Shown here piece by piece: positions 19,651 through 27,726 of a stretch of DNA of 64,000 nt. Below the pieces are notes generated by a model, which did no database searches, had not been told where the DNA came from, and was given only the letters and a program-made list of their open reading frames with translations. The stretch lies in NCBI GenBank assembly GCA_021324735.1, contig JAJPIO010000009.1, forward strand, positions 450,510 through 514,509, in the 5' to 3' direction. Positions within the stretch are counted from its first letter, which is position 1; each line of letters opens with the position of its first letter. Origin of the DNA: Bacteroidota bacterium (GTDB lineage Bacteria > Bacteroidota > Ignavibacteria > Palsa-1295). The translations under genes were made by a program, and so were the position numbers.

Positions 19651-20249
19651 GAGAAGCACGAACACTGCCGCTCCTTCGCAATCTACCCAAAGAAGCGCGC
19701 CTGTTTGCTGTTCTCATTATGACAGTGCTCGGCATTGGCTACGCTCATGCGCTCGCTTATGTCTATCAAACGACACGAATCGTACCTAAAGGTATAGAAG
19801 AGCGCTATCGTGGTACCGAGACTATTCAAAGTGATACATCACAGGCGGTTTTATCCAGTGAAGAGGCGGAGGATTCTTCGAACACCGCAGCCGTAACGCC
19901 CGAAGTTAAAACCATAACCGGTGAGATACAATACCAGAAGTCATTAGCAGAAATGCTGAATATTATTCACACGCATATTCTAACGATGACCTTTATCTTT
20001 GCTTTATCCGGGTTCTTAACATTGATGACAGATTCCATTTCCACACGTCTTCGAAAGTTTGTTATTATCGAGCCATTCATCGGTATTATTGTCACCTTTG
20101 CAGGACTATGGCTTATGCGATACGTTCATCCAGCTTTTAGCTGGCTCGTTAGTCTTTCTGGAACAGTGATGGCGCTTGCATTTGCTGGGCAATGTGTCGC
20201 GCTATTTAAAGAAGTTCGTCAGGCGCGGAAAGTGGGAGGTGTGCAATGA
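19647..20249 (+). CDS. Hypothetical integral membrane protein, 4-5 TM
   Basis: Hydrophobic helices LFAVLIMTVLGIGYAHALAYV, ILTMTFIFALSGFLTLM, FIGIIVTFAGLWLM and LVSLSGTVMALAFAG. It overlaps the upstream FMN-binding gene and the downstream apbE gene by 4 bp each. Confidence 0.5.
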   Translation: MREARTLPLLRNLPKEARLFAVLIMTVLGIGYAHALAYVYQTTRIVPKGIEERYRGTETIQSDTSQAVLSSEEAEDSSNTAAVTPEVKTITGEIQYQKSLAEMLNIIHTHILTMTFIFALSGFLTLMTDSISTRLRKFVIIEPFIGIIVTFAGLWLMRYVHPAFSWLVSLSGTVMALAFAGQCVALFKEVRQARKVGGVQ

Positions 20250-21229
20250 ATCGGAGGCTCTTTTTAAAGCGAGCGTTTCAGTCATCTGGTATTGTAGTCA
20301 TGCTTCCTGCAGCTAAAAGCCTTGGAGCGATCGAACATGCACGTAAGGCCGGTTATTATGAGCATACGATCCTTGCCATGGGGACTACCGCTCGGCTTGG
20401 TGTATATGCTCGAGGCGAGGAAGCAGCCAACGAAGTCATTACTGCTTGCTTCGAGGAGTTAAAACGGATCGAATCGCTTCTCACCATTTTTAATCCTTCG
20501 AGTGAGATCTCGAAATTGAATTCAAACGCTGGGGGCGGATTTCTCTTCTGTTCTGCTGATACTGTTGCGATCCTTGTGGCAGCTAAACAATATGCATCGC
20601 TTACTGACGGTGCGTTCGAAGCGACCGTCGAGCCACTAATGCGGTTATGGGGATTCCGAAACGATAACAATGTGCTTTCTCAGCTTCCCTCTGATATAGA
20701 AGTTGCAGATGCATTACGCTTTATCGGCAGCGATCATATTGAGTTACGTGATTCCAGTGCTCGTCTTACCATCGCCGGAGCAAAACTCGATCTTGGTGGA
20801 ATAGCAGTTGGTTATTCCCTCGATAAGATGGTTGCCATGTTACATAACGCCGGTATCGAAGATGCTTTTATCGATATTTCCGGCGACATGTTTGCGCTCG
20901 GTAAGGAGCGCGGTAAAAGGGGATGGGATGTTGCCATTCCAGACCCACAAGATACCGCTAAACTAATTTATCATGCCACCATCTCGAACGAAGCGCTCGC
21001 GACCAGCGGTAACTACGAATCCTTTGTTGTATATCAAGCTCAGCGGTTCGGTCATATTATGGACCCACACCAAGGGAGATCTTCGGTGCGGATGCTATCA
21101 TCTACAGCGATCGCTAAGACAGGCCTGGATGCCGATGCATTATCGACAGCCTCTTTTGTGTCTGGAAAGGCATACGGGACATCACGGCTTATAGGGGTCA
21201 ACAAAATTGGCACTCTAACTGTGACGTAG
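20246..21229 (+). CDS. apbE: FAD:protein FMN transferase (ApbE family)
   Basis: Tat/Sec-like leader MNRRLFLKRAFQSSGIVVMLPAAKSLG. ...DLGGIAVGYSLDKM and ...ISGDMFALG are ApbE motifs. Length is 327 aa. Confidence 0.85.
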   Translation: MNRRLFLKRAFQSSGIVVMLPAAKSLGAIEHARKAGYYEHTILAMGTTARLGVYARGEEAANEVITACFEELKRIESLLTIFNPSSEISKLNSNAGGGFLFCSADTVAILVAAKQYASLTDGAFEATVEPLMRLWGFRNDNNVLSQLPSDIEVADALRFIGSDHIELRDSSARLTIAGAKLDLGGIAVGYSLDKMVAMLHNAGIEDAFIDISGDMFALGKERGKRGWDVAIPDPQDTAKLIYHATISNEALATSGNYESFVVYQAQRFGHIMDPHQGRSSVRMLSSTAIAKTGLDADALSTASFVSGKAYGTSRLIGVNKIGTLTVT

Positions 21230-21273
21230 GACAGGAAGGAATTACTTCCAAATCCTGTTATTCTTACACGAAT

Positions 21274-21705
21274 ATGCCAGAGCCCTCGCCTAACTGCGTG
21301 TTTTGTGATATCGTGCGTGGCACGAATCCGCACGAGATCGTTTATGAGGACGCCGAGTATCTCGGCTTTCTCGATCGTTATCCGCTTAATCCCGGCCATA
21401 CCCAGTTTATCCCGAAACGTCATTACCGGTGGGTGTGGGACATGGAAAAAGCAGACCTGGGCTTTATGTTTATGAAGGCGCGCCGAGTTGCAAAGGCGCT
21501 GCAAACAGTGTTCAAGACGGATTGGGTTATCGCTGATACCGGCGGCATCGGCGTGCCGCATGCGCACATTCATCTCGTGCCACGCTTCGAAGATGATGGC
21601 CATGGCGAGCTACCCGATCCGAAAATACTTCGGGAAATTCCGGACAGTGAGATGGCGGAATTCGCCCGTAAGATCAGATTGGAAATCGAGCGTACCCCGC
21701 AATAG
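21274..21705 (+). CDS. HIT (histidine triad) family nucleotide hydrolase/transferase
   Basis: CVFCDIV...FLDRYPLNPGHTQFIPKRH and HAHIHLVPRF (HxHxHxx). Length is 143 aa. Confidence 0.85.
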   Translation: MPEPSPNCVFCDIVRGTNPHEIVYEDAEYLGFLDRYPLNPGHTQFIPKRHYRWVWDMEKADLGFMFMKARRVAKALQTVFKTDWVIADTGGIGVPHAHIHLVPRFEDDGHGELPDPKILREIPDSEMAEFARKIRLEIERTPQ

Positions 21706-22695
21706 ATGCTAATTAGTCAGACCCCGCTTCGGATCAGCCTCGGTGGAGGAGGAACCGATCTTCGAGCCTATTATAAAGACTCCGATGGTTTCGTCGTCTC
21801 GACCGCCATCGATAAGTACATGTACGTGCTTATCAAAGAGCGATTCGATTCGAAGATCTATCTCAATTATGCGGCCCGCAAAGAGATTGTCGACGATATC
21901 TCCGAGATCCAGCACGAGCTGGTTCGCGAGGCTGGACTGGTTACCGGTCTTCGCAATGGATTTGAATTAGCAACGTTCGCGGATATTCCTTCGGAAGGCT
22001 CCGGACTGGGGTCTTCCAGCAGCCTGACCGTCGGTCTGCTAAACGCCATGCACACCTTTCGTGGCAGGCAGGTCACGCACGATCAACTCGCTGAAGAAGC
22101 CTGCATGATCGAGATCGACATTCTCAAAAAACCCATTGGCAAGCAGGACCAGTACATTGCGGCTCACGGAGGACTTACGACCATCACCTTTCATGGTTCG
22201 GAGCGCGTAACAACGGAACGCCTCGAACTCGACGAACGCGAGCGCCACGACCTCGGCGGTCGTTTCATGCTCTTCTTTACCAATGTTACACGTCAGGCGT
22301 CGTCGATCCTCACAGAGCAGCAGGAAAAAACTACCATCAATCGGAAGCACTTGCTCGCGATCCACGGACTTGGCAAGAAGATCGAAGACGCAATCCGCTC
22401 GCGCAAGTTCGATACGATCGGGGAAATTCTGGATGAGAACTGGACACTGAAGAAAAATCTCGCATCCGGAATTACCACACCGCAGATCGACGACATGTAC
22501 AAACGCGCTCGCGCTGCCGGTGCCGTGGGCGGAAAAGTCGCCGGTGCAGGCGGCGGCGGCTTCTTGCTCCTCTACGTCAAACCGGAACATCAGGCCAAGG
22601 TGCGCGAAGCTCTTTCAGAATATCGCCGGATGCCGATCATGCTCGATAATTTCGGGGCCACGATCATTTTCAATCAACGGCGGTACCGTTGGTAA
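21706..22695 (+). CDS. GHMP-family sugar kinase (D-glycero-D-manno-heptose 7-phosphate kinase-like)
   Basis: TPLRISLGGGGTDL and IPSEGSGLGSSSSLTVGLLNAM (GHMP motifs). KVAGAGGGGFLLLY is near the C-terminus. Its start lies 1 nt after the HIT stop, so the two are translationally coupled. Confidence 0.8.
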   Translation: MLISQTPLRISLGGGGTDLRAYYKDSDGFVVSTAIDKYMYVLIKERFDSKIYLNYAARKEIVDDISEIQHELVREAGLVTGLRNGFELATFADIPSEGSGLGSSSSLTVGLLNAMHTFRGRQVTHDQLAEEACMIEIDILKKPIGKQDQYIAAHGGLTTITFHGSERVTTERLELDERERHDLGGRFMLFFTNVTRQASSILTEQQEKTTINRKHLLAIHGLGKKIEDAIRSRKFDTIGEILDENWTLKKNLASGITTPQIDDMYKRARAAGAVGGKVAGAGGGGFLLLYVKPEHQAKVREALSEYRRMPIMLDNFGATIIFNQRRYRW

Positions 22696-23334
22696 ATGCT
22701 CGAAATTTACTTTCTTCGTCACGGTCAAACCGAATTCAGTCGCGACAACAAATTTTGCGGCTCTGCCACGGACGCTCAGCTCACTCCGCAGGGCCGCGCA
22801 ATGGGCGAGGCCTTCGCGGAATTTTATCGAGATACCCAATGGCGCGCGATCTACTCGAGTCCGCTCGAGCGCACTCGGATCACCGCCAACACGATCGCAT
22901 CCCGCTTAAACCAACAGCCGATCGTTCGTGACGGCCTGACCGAGATTGGCTACGGCAAATGGGAAGCGCGGACCGTGGATGAGGTCGACCGGTTATTCCA
23001 CGACGACTATCTTCGCTGGACGGCCGACCCGGCGTGGTATCCTCCGACCGAAGGCGAATCCGCAATTTCCGTTTCCACGCGCGCGCTCGAAGTCGTTCAG
23101 GAAATCCGCGATGATTGCCACGAAGGCAAGGTCCTCGTCGTCTCTCACAAGGCCACCATTCGCATCGTACTCTGCGCCCTGTTGGGCATCGATGTCGGGC
23201 GGTTTCGGTACCGGCTCGGATGCCCGGTGAGCTCCGTTAGCGTCGTCAGCTTTGCCGGACACGGCCCGCTCCTCGAAGTCCTGGCGGATCGGTCGCATCT
23301 TCCACAGGAGTTGCTCCAGCTCGAGGGCACCTGA
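22696..23334 (+). CDS. Histidine phosphatase (phosphoglycerate-mutase-like) family protein
   Basis: MLEIYFLRHGQTEFS is the RHG catalytic motif. YSSPLERTRITA and ...VVSHKATIR (catalytic His) are present. It is coupled to the upstream kinase. Confidence 0.85.
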   Translation: MLEIYFLRHGQTEFSRDNKFCGSATDAQLTPQGRAMGEAFAEFYRDTQWRAIYSSPLERTRITANTIASRLNQQPIVRDGLTEIGYGKWEARTVDEVDRLFHDDYLRWTADPAWYPPTEGESAISVSTRALEVVQEIRDDCHEGKVLVVSHKATIRIVLCALLGIDVGRFRYRLGCPVSSVSVVSFAGHGPLLEVLADRSHLPQELLQLEGT

Positions 23335-23667
23335 GGGATGGTGCTCGAGCCCCGGATTCCGCTGCGCTAATAAATCCCTAGATTCTGGCGTACGTACATA
23401 CGGCAGAACCTACTCAACTTTCAACGAACGATGGGGAAGCGACGATCTATCTTCAATGTGGTAGGGATCACGCACGAAGTCTAATCTCTAGATGCCTGTA
23501 CGGACAGAGGCGTGTTTGCCTGGTAGGATCGGGACCGCTTGGTTGCTTTTTTTTCGTGTCTGAGGGGCAACCAGACCCAATCTAATGTACGCAATAAGTA
23601 TATTTTTGTTTCAACTAAATGATATTCTATAGGACAAAAATCCCACTGGATTCGCTAGCCATCTATG

Positions 23668-24194
23668 TTATGCTGGTGGCCGAAATCCTATGGGACGGCG
23701 TGGCCGCTCGTCGGCAGCGATCATCTTTTTGATCGCGTCGAATACAACTTGGAAGTTCTTATCGTACTTTCTTTCCAGCTCCTCCAGTTTGCGAGCCAGT
23801 TCACGATGGGCCGTTAGCCACGTTCGCATTTGGACGAACGTTCGCATGATCGCGATATTGACATCGATAGCCTGCTTGCTGTTGAGAATTCCGGAGAGCA
23901 TGGCGATACCTTGCTCTGTGAAGGCAAAGGGAAGGTATTTCGAATGCCCCCGCGCTTTAAGGTCACAGATTGTGATCTTAAACGGTGAGACTCCTCCACA
24001 GTCAACTCGAACATAAAGTCCTATGGGAAGCGCCGCAAATGCCGCCGAACAGATTGTTTCAGGACCCGAGTTGAAACGCCGTATTATCGTGCGAGATCGG
24101 CGTCTAAAATGACGCGCTCTCCTCGAATGAAGTAAATGTGAGAGGCAATGACCTCCTCGCGAAGCGCTACGGCATGGGTAGATTGGTTTTGCAT
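23668..24194 (-). pseudogene. ORF6N (KilA-N-like) domain protein pseudogene with two in-frame stops and a +/-1 frameshift
   Basis: Hand translation of the minus strand gives MQNQSTHAVALREEVIASHIYFIRGERVILDADLAR*YGVSTRVLKQSVRRHLRRFP*DFMFELTVEESHRLRSQSVTLKRGG, then a frame switch to KYLPFAFTEQGIAMLSGILNSKQAIDVNIAIMRTFVQMRTWLTAHRELARKLEELERKYDKNFQVVFDAIKKMI. This is collinear with the Bacteroidota ORF6N-protein pattern as recalled (...IRG..V.LD.DLAELYGV.T..LNQAV.RN..RFPEDFMF.LT.EE...LRSQ......GGRRYLPYAFTEQGVAMLS.VL.S..AI.VNI.IMRAF). TAA (24084-24086) replaces the Leu codon and TAG (24021-24023) replaces the Glu codon. The frameshift is at the C5/G5 run at 23947-23951. Confidence 0.65.
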
Positions 24195-24602
24195 AGAGGA
24201 CCGAGTTTGAAAACCTCTGCAAAATTACGAAAATGTCCCTCGATTCACAGCAAGCAGAACCAGTGTTCGGACATGGCCAGCACATCCCAGCGAGCGAAGG
24301 CAAGGCCCCGAACACCATCTGGGGCCGTCCTCGAACGGCTGTTTGATCTCGTGGAGGGGAAGCAGCAGACGAGGGTGGAGGAGCGGTAGGGACGTGCCTT
24401 CGGCGCGTCCACTGTGGGGATTAGATAACGTCAGTCAACAAGATGAATTGGCGGGCAGCAGGATTTGTAAATCGCAAGGAGCGTTATGATTGAGCACGTG
24501 ACAGCATTTCGGCATTCCCCACGCTGGACGTACCGGAGGTACGTCCCTACCGACTTAGGACCAAGCCACATTAAGACGGATTAATCGTCGGAATTGTGCG
24601 CA

Positions 24603-25520
24603 TTATGTAGTACTTTGAGGAGGCTGTTTCTTTAATGGGACAGTTGCTTGTACGCGGTCATAGAGTAGCTCTTTTAAATTAGCCGGGTTAGAGTAGAAAA
24701 TGTGGCTATAAGCTTTTGTATCAAAATGGAGCTTTTCTTTTTCCTCGATCTTGCAACACCAAACCACTGGTATTCCAAGACCGAGTGCAAAGCCCGCCTC
24801 GAAATAGCAACCACCTCGCTGACCTGTGAAATCAGCTACGACCAAGGAGCTGCGTCGTATTTCAGCCATGATTTTATCATTGATATTATCATTGTGCTGA
24901 GCAGCCTTTAGCATCATGGGGCTATATCCTGCTCTTTCGAGTGCAGGCTTAATACCGTTCGCCCAAACATCATCCATACTATCATCAAACCACATCGCCA
25001 CAAACGCTTGGTTTCCGAGCGGCGTTGTTTCCCGCAAATGTACTGCTCTGGCCCAACCGCTAAGTGTTGGCAAGAACTGTTCAACATAGCCACTCCCTCC
25101 CTCCAGTTCGAGGTAGCCCAACTCCGCCGCCTTATTCAGCCAATACCCCAACTCGTTCGGATCACAAGCGACCCAGATGGGGTATAGTATTTCTTCATCA
25201 AGAACGAACCGCTGATCCATCCGCTCAAGGCCGTCATAAAGGGTTCTAATGACGTTATCAATGGCTTCGAACAAGTTCGATGGCCTTCGAACCATACTTG
25301 CGATTTGCTCCTGCCCCTCAGTCTGTATTTCTATCCTTCGGCCGTTGTCCCATGCGAGGCGAGTCGCTGCGCTTAAAAGATAGCCAGCAACTTTTAATTC
25401 GCTGTGATATGCTTCTGGCGTGATGACGTACTGTCCGCATGTTCGGCACTTCATGCCGTAGGCCTCTCTCCCGCTAATCTCGCCACCCTCGGCTTCTTTT
25501 CCACAAAGTTTACAATTCAT
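24603..25520 (-). CDS. Gene B of a candidate conflict/defense operon: N-terminal zinc ribbon plus C-terminal nucleoside 2-deoxyribosyltransferase-like (SLOG/NDT-fold) domain protein
   Basis: 305 aa. The N-terminus MNCKLCGKEAEGG...KCRTCGQYV carries CxxC...CxxC. The C-terminal roughly 130 aa (AFVAMWFDDS...IMAEIRRSSLVVADFTGQRGGCYFEAGFALGLGIPVVW) match the NDT/DNPH1-fold pattern: hydrophobic beta1 before a Gly-rich turn, then D..G.....E.G.A.A.GKPV with the catalytic Glu. The central roughly 100 aa were not recognised. GC is about 42-45 %, lower than flanking DNA. Confidence 0.55.
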   Translation of the reverse strand: MNCKLCGKEAEGGEISGREAYGMKCRTCGQYVITPEAYHSELKVAGYLLSAATRLAWDNGRRIEIQTEGQEQIASMVRRPSNLFEAIDNVIRTLYDGLERMDQRFVLDEEILYPIWVACDPNELGYWLNKAAELGYLELEGGSGYVEQFLPTLSGWARAVHLRETTPLGNQAFVAMWFDDSMDDVWANGIKPALERAGYSPMMLKAAQHNDNINDKIMAEIRRSSLVVADFTGQRGGCYFEAGFALGLGIPVVWCCKIEEKEKLHFDTKAYSHIFYSNPANLKELLYDRVQATVPLKKQPPQSTT

Positions 25521-25578
25521 TTTACGTCAATCGTTAAGATAGGGTGAATCTCAATTCCGCTTTCGTCGTGCCGCCAAC

Positions 25579-26580
25579 CTACACGGTTTCCTGGGCGCTT
25601 GGCTCGGGTTGCTGATTGCCTTGTAAACGCTGAACATATCTGAGCTTCTTCTCAATTTCGCAATAAGCATTACGAATTCTAGTTTCTTCGCAACCTAGTT
25701 CGATTAGCGCATCAATCGTCGCCTGTAATCGGTTTTCCGCCGATTGGTGCTCGATTATACTCGCCCAAAAGTGATGTGGCGTTGCTGAAGCAAGTACCGA
25801 TTCATAATGCAAGAAAGTAAATGCTTCGGCTGACTCAGCTAACTCCTCGACTACTTTTAGGCACCGTTCCGCACATTCCGTTTTCAGACGAGAATTGAAA
25901 TCCCCAAAGACCGTCCATTCTCTTGCTAGGATGCGTCTCTGCTCTTCCTGAAACCATGTGTGAAAGCCCTCGATCTTAGCCTGATACTCGGTGAAGATGT
26001 CTTTCACGTTCAAGGGTTGATTTTGCTTCTGTAGAAAGCTCCGCGCAGATGCCTTCCAGGCGTAGCCCTCAAGAAGCTTTTTTGGAATGAGTTGCACCTG
26101 GATAATCAGACCGTCAGGGTTAAAAATATAATTAGTATTTAATTCAGGCGGTCGATAATGCACAAAGTAATCTCGAAGATCATGCATGAATCGTATCAAT
26201 TCATCTTTCGCCAGCTCATCCTTTCGTCGCTCGTAATCCGGCATCAACGTTGACCCATGCTCACGATATAGGTTCCTTGTGTGATCAGCTAAAGTTTTGA
26301 CAGCAGCTAAGTAATTGAAAATCAATAATACAATATTTTCTCTAAAAGCCAGTCCCCAAACTTTTTGCTGATTTGTGTGAAATTCCAGAAATCTCTGAGG
26401 GTTGGTGAAGTCTTCGATTGCCTTTTGCAGCATGAAATAATTTCTATCGACAAGCTTATATAAAATGTTAAGTCGAAGGCTGTTTTCAACACTCGCGACC
26501 TCTTTGCTTGCCATTCTTTCCCTATAAAGCGCCGACACCCCTTCAGTGTGCAAGATTGTTTGTCCTTCGTGAATATTCAT
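25579..26580 (-). CDS. Gene A of the candidate conflict/defense operon: helical hypothetical protein (possible HEPN/Abi-like)
   Basis: 333 aa, predicted mostly alpha-helical. It contains TRNLYREHG (an Rx5H arrangement, compatible with a HEPN motif) and many conserved-looking aromatics. GC is about 35-40 %, clearly lower than neighbouring housekeeping genes at 55-60 %. It is first in a two-gene minus-strand operon with gene B across a 58-bp gap. No family assignment is possible without a search. Confidence 0.45.
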   Translation of the reverse strand: MNIHEGQTILHTEGVSALYRERMASKEVASVENSLRLNILYKLVDRNYFMLQKAIEDFTNPQRFLEFHTNQQKVWGLAFRENIVLLIFNYLAAVKTLADHTRNLYREHGSTLMPDYERRKDELAKDELIRFMHDLRDYFVHYRPPELNTNYIFNPDGLIIQVQLIPKKLLEGYAWKASARSFLQKQNQPLNVKDIFTEYQAKIEGFHTWFQEEQRRILAREWTVFGDFNSRLKTECAERCLKVVEELAESAEAFTFLHYESVLASATPHHFWASIIEHQSAENRLQATIDALIELGCEETRIRNAYCEIEKKLRYVQRLQGNQQPEPSAQETV

Positions 26581-26961
26581 GCTCGGCCAGTCAAGCGCTA
26601 CTTATTGCTTTCGCACAAGTGTGCGGGATACATTGAATGAAATCACCTTCAGGGTCGAAGAGTTGGATGATCGCTCACCCTTGAGGAACATTATATAAAC
26701 CGGTCGGCAAATTTCGGAGTTCGCACAATTATTAGAGTAGGTATGGAGTAGTTGCCGCCAATACAAAGACGCCTCCGATCGAGACAGCCTCATTTCGTAG
26801 GTCCTATTCGAATTTGCAATAGGTGTTTGCTGGGTTTGTCGCGGAAGATGCAGCGTTCAGTTTGCCATGTCCGCCCCCCGGGATGCCATCTGTTTTGCCC
26901 TAAAGCGGAATGAACTCAATTGCATCGAAGATGAGTTAGGCGAACCAGTACGATCCCCACA

Positions 26962-27552
26962 TTGCCGCCCACGATATTCAAGATGACCTTTCAGGAATAC
27001 CTTAGTTATTTCAATCAGTCGCTAACTTCGCTTAATACGACCGAGATCGGTCAATTTCTCGATCTGCTGGTCGATGCCTATGAGAACGACCGTACCGTGT
27101 TCGTCATCGGAAACGGTGGCAGCGCGGCCAATGCGTCGCATTTTGCCAATGACCTGGCGAAAGGTACGCTCCGCTCGATGGACCAGCCGAAGCGCCTACG
27201 GGCATTATCGCTGACCGATAACGTCGCGCTCATGACCGCGTATGGTAATGATGAAGGCTACGCGACGATCTTCGAGCAGCAATTGCGGACCTATGCTCGT
27301 CCCGGCGATATTGTCGTTGCGATCTCGGGCTCGGGTAATAGCCCGAATGTGATCTCCGCGATCGAGTGGGCCAATGCGAACGGTCTTCACACCGTAGGGG
27401 TCACCGGTTTTGCAGGCGGCAAACTCAAGCAGATCGCCTCGACGACGGTCCACGTCCCGCTCAATGATATGTGCACCTCCGAAAGCGTGCACTCGGTCAT
27501 TTTCCATTATGTCGCGATCGAATTACCGAAGCGACTGTATAAAGAATCGTAG
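26962..27552 (+). CDS. gmhA: SIS-domain phosphoheptose isomerase (D-sedoheptulose 7-phosphate isomerase, GmhA-like)
   Basis: VFVIGNGGSAANASHFANDLAKG and DIVVAISGSGNSPNVISA are SIS-domain motifs. Length is about 190 aa. An alternative start MTFQEYL lies at 26983. Confidence 0.8.
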   Translation: MPPTIFKMTFQEYLSYFNQSLTSLNTTEIGQFLDLLVDAYENDRTVFVIGNGGSAANASHFANDLAKGTLRSMDQPKRLRALSLTDNVALMTAYGNDEGYATIFEQQLRTYARPGDIVVAISGSGNSPNVISAIEWANANGLHTVGVTGFAGGKLKQIASTTVHVPLNDMCTSESVHSVIFHYVAIELPKRLYKES

Positions 27553-27720
27553 CCGTGACCTTTAGGTCACGGCGAATTGAGGATGCGTCTGTAGCCGTAA
27601 CATTTATGTTACGGCGAATTGAGGATGTGCACCATGTTATTGAAACCATGTCCATGGCCGGCGGTGCGTTTCGCCGTGACCTGAAGGTCACGGCTACGAA
27701 TCACGGCTACGAAATCACGG
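27549..27720. repeat. Cluster 1 of REP-like self-complementary 22-bp hairpin repeats (three copies) with conserved flanks
   Basis: GCCGTGACCTTTAGGTCACGGC is at 27551-27572, GCCGTAACATTTATGTTACGGC at 27593-27614 and GCCGTGACCTGAAGGTCACGGC at 27672-27693. Each has 9-10-bp perfect arms. The conserved flanking string cgaattgaggatg.g..ccatgtt.ttgaaaccatgt.catggc.g.cggtgcgtttc and the trailing ggctacgaa(a)tcacg motif (tandem) are shared with cluster 2. Confidence 0.8.
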
Positions 27721-27726
27721 AATCTA

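Noticed and set aside
24021-24086. In-frame TAA and TAG inside the ORF6N reading frame as evidence of stop-codon reassignment.
   Set aside because: Dozens of well-conserved genes in the window terminate cleanly at TAA or TAG at the expected positions (pyrF TAG, gltX TGA, pfkA TAA and others). In addition the same gene also carries a frameshift. Pseudogenisation is the parsimonious reading.
26602-26793. A 63-aa minus-strand ORF in the gene A / gmhA divergent promoter region.
   Set aside because: It is short, has no motifs and lies in the expected promoter space. It does contain a small palindrome, CGCACAAGTGTGCG at about 26616-26629, that may be regulatory.
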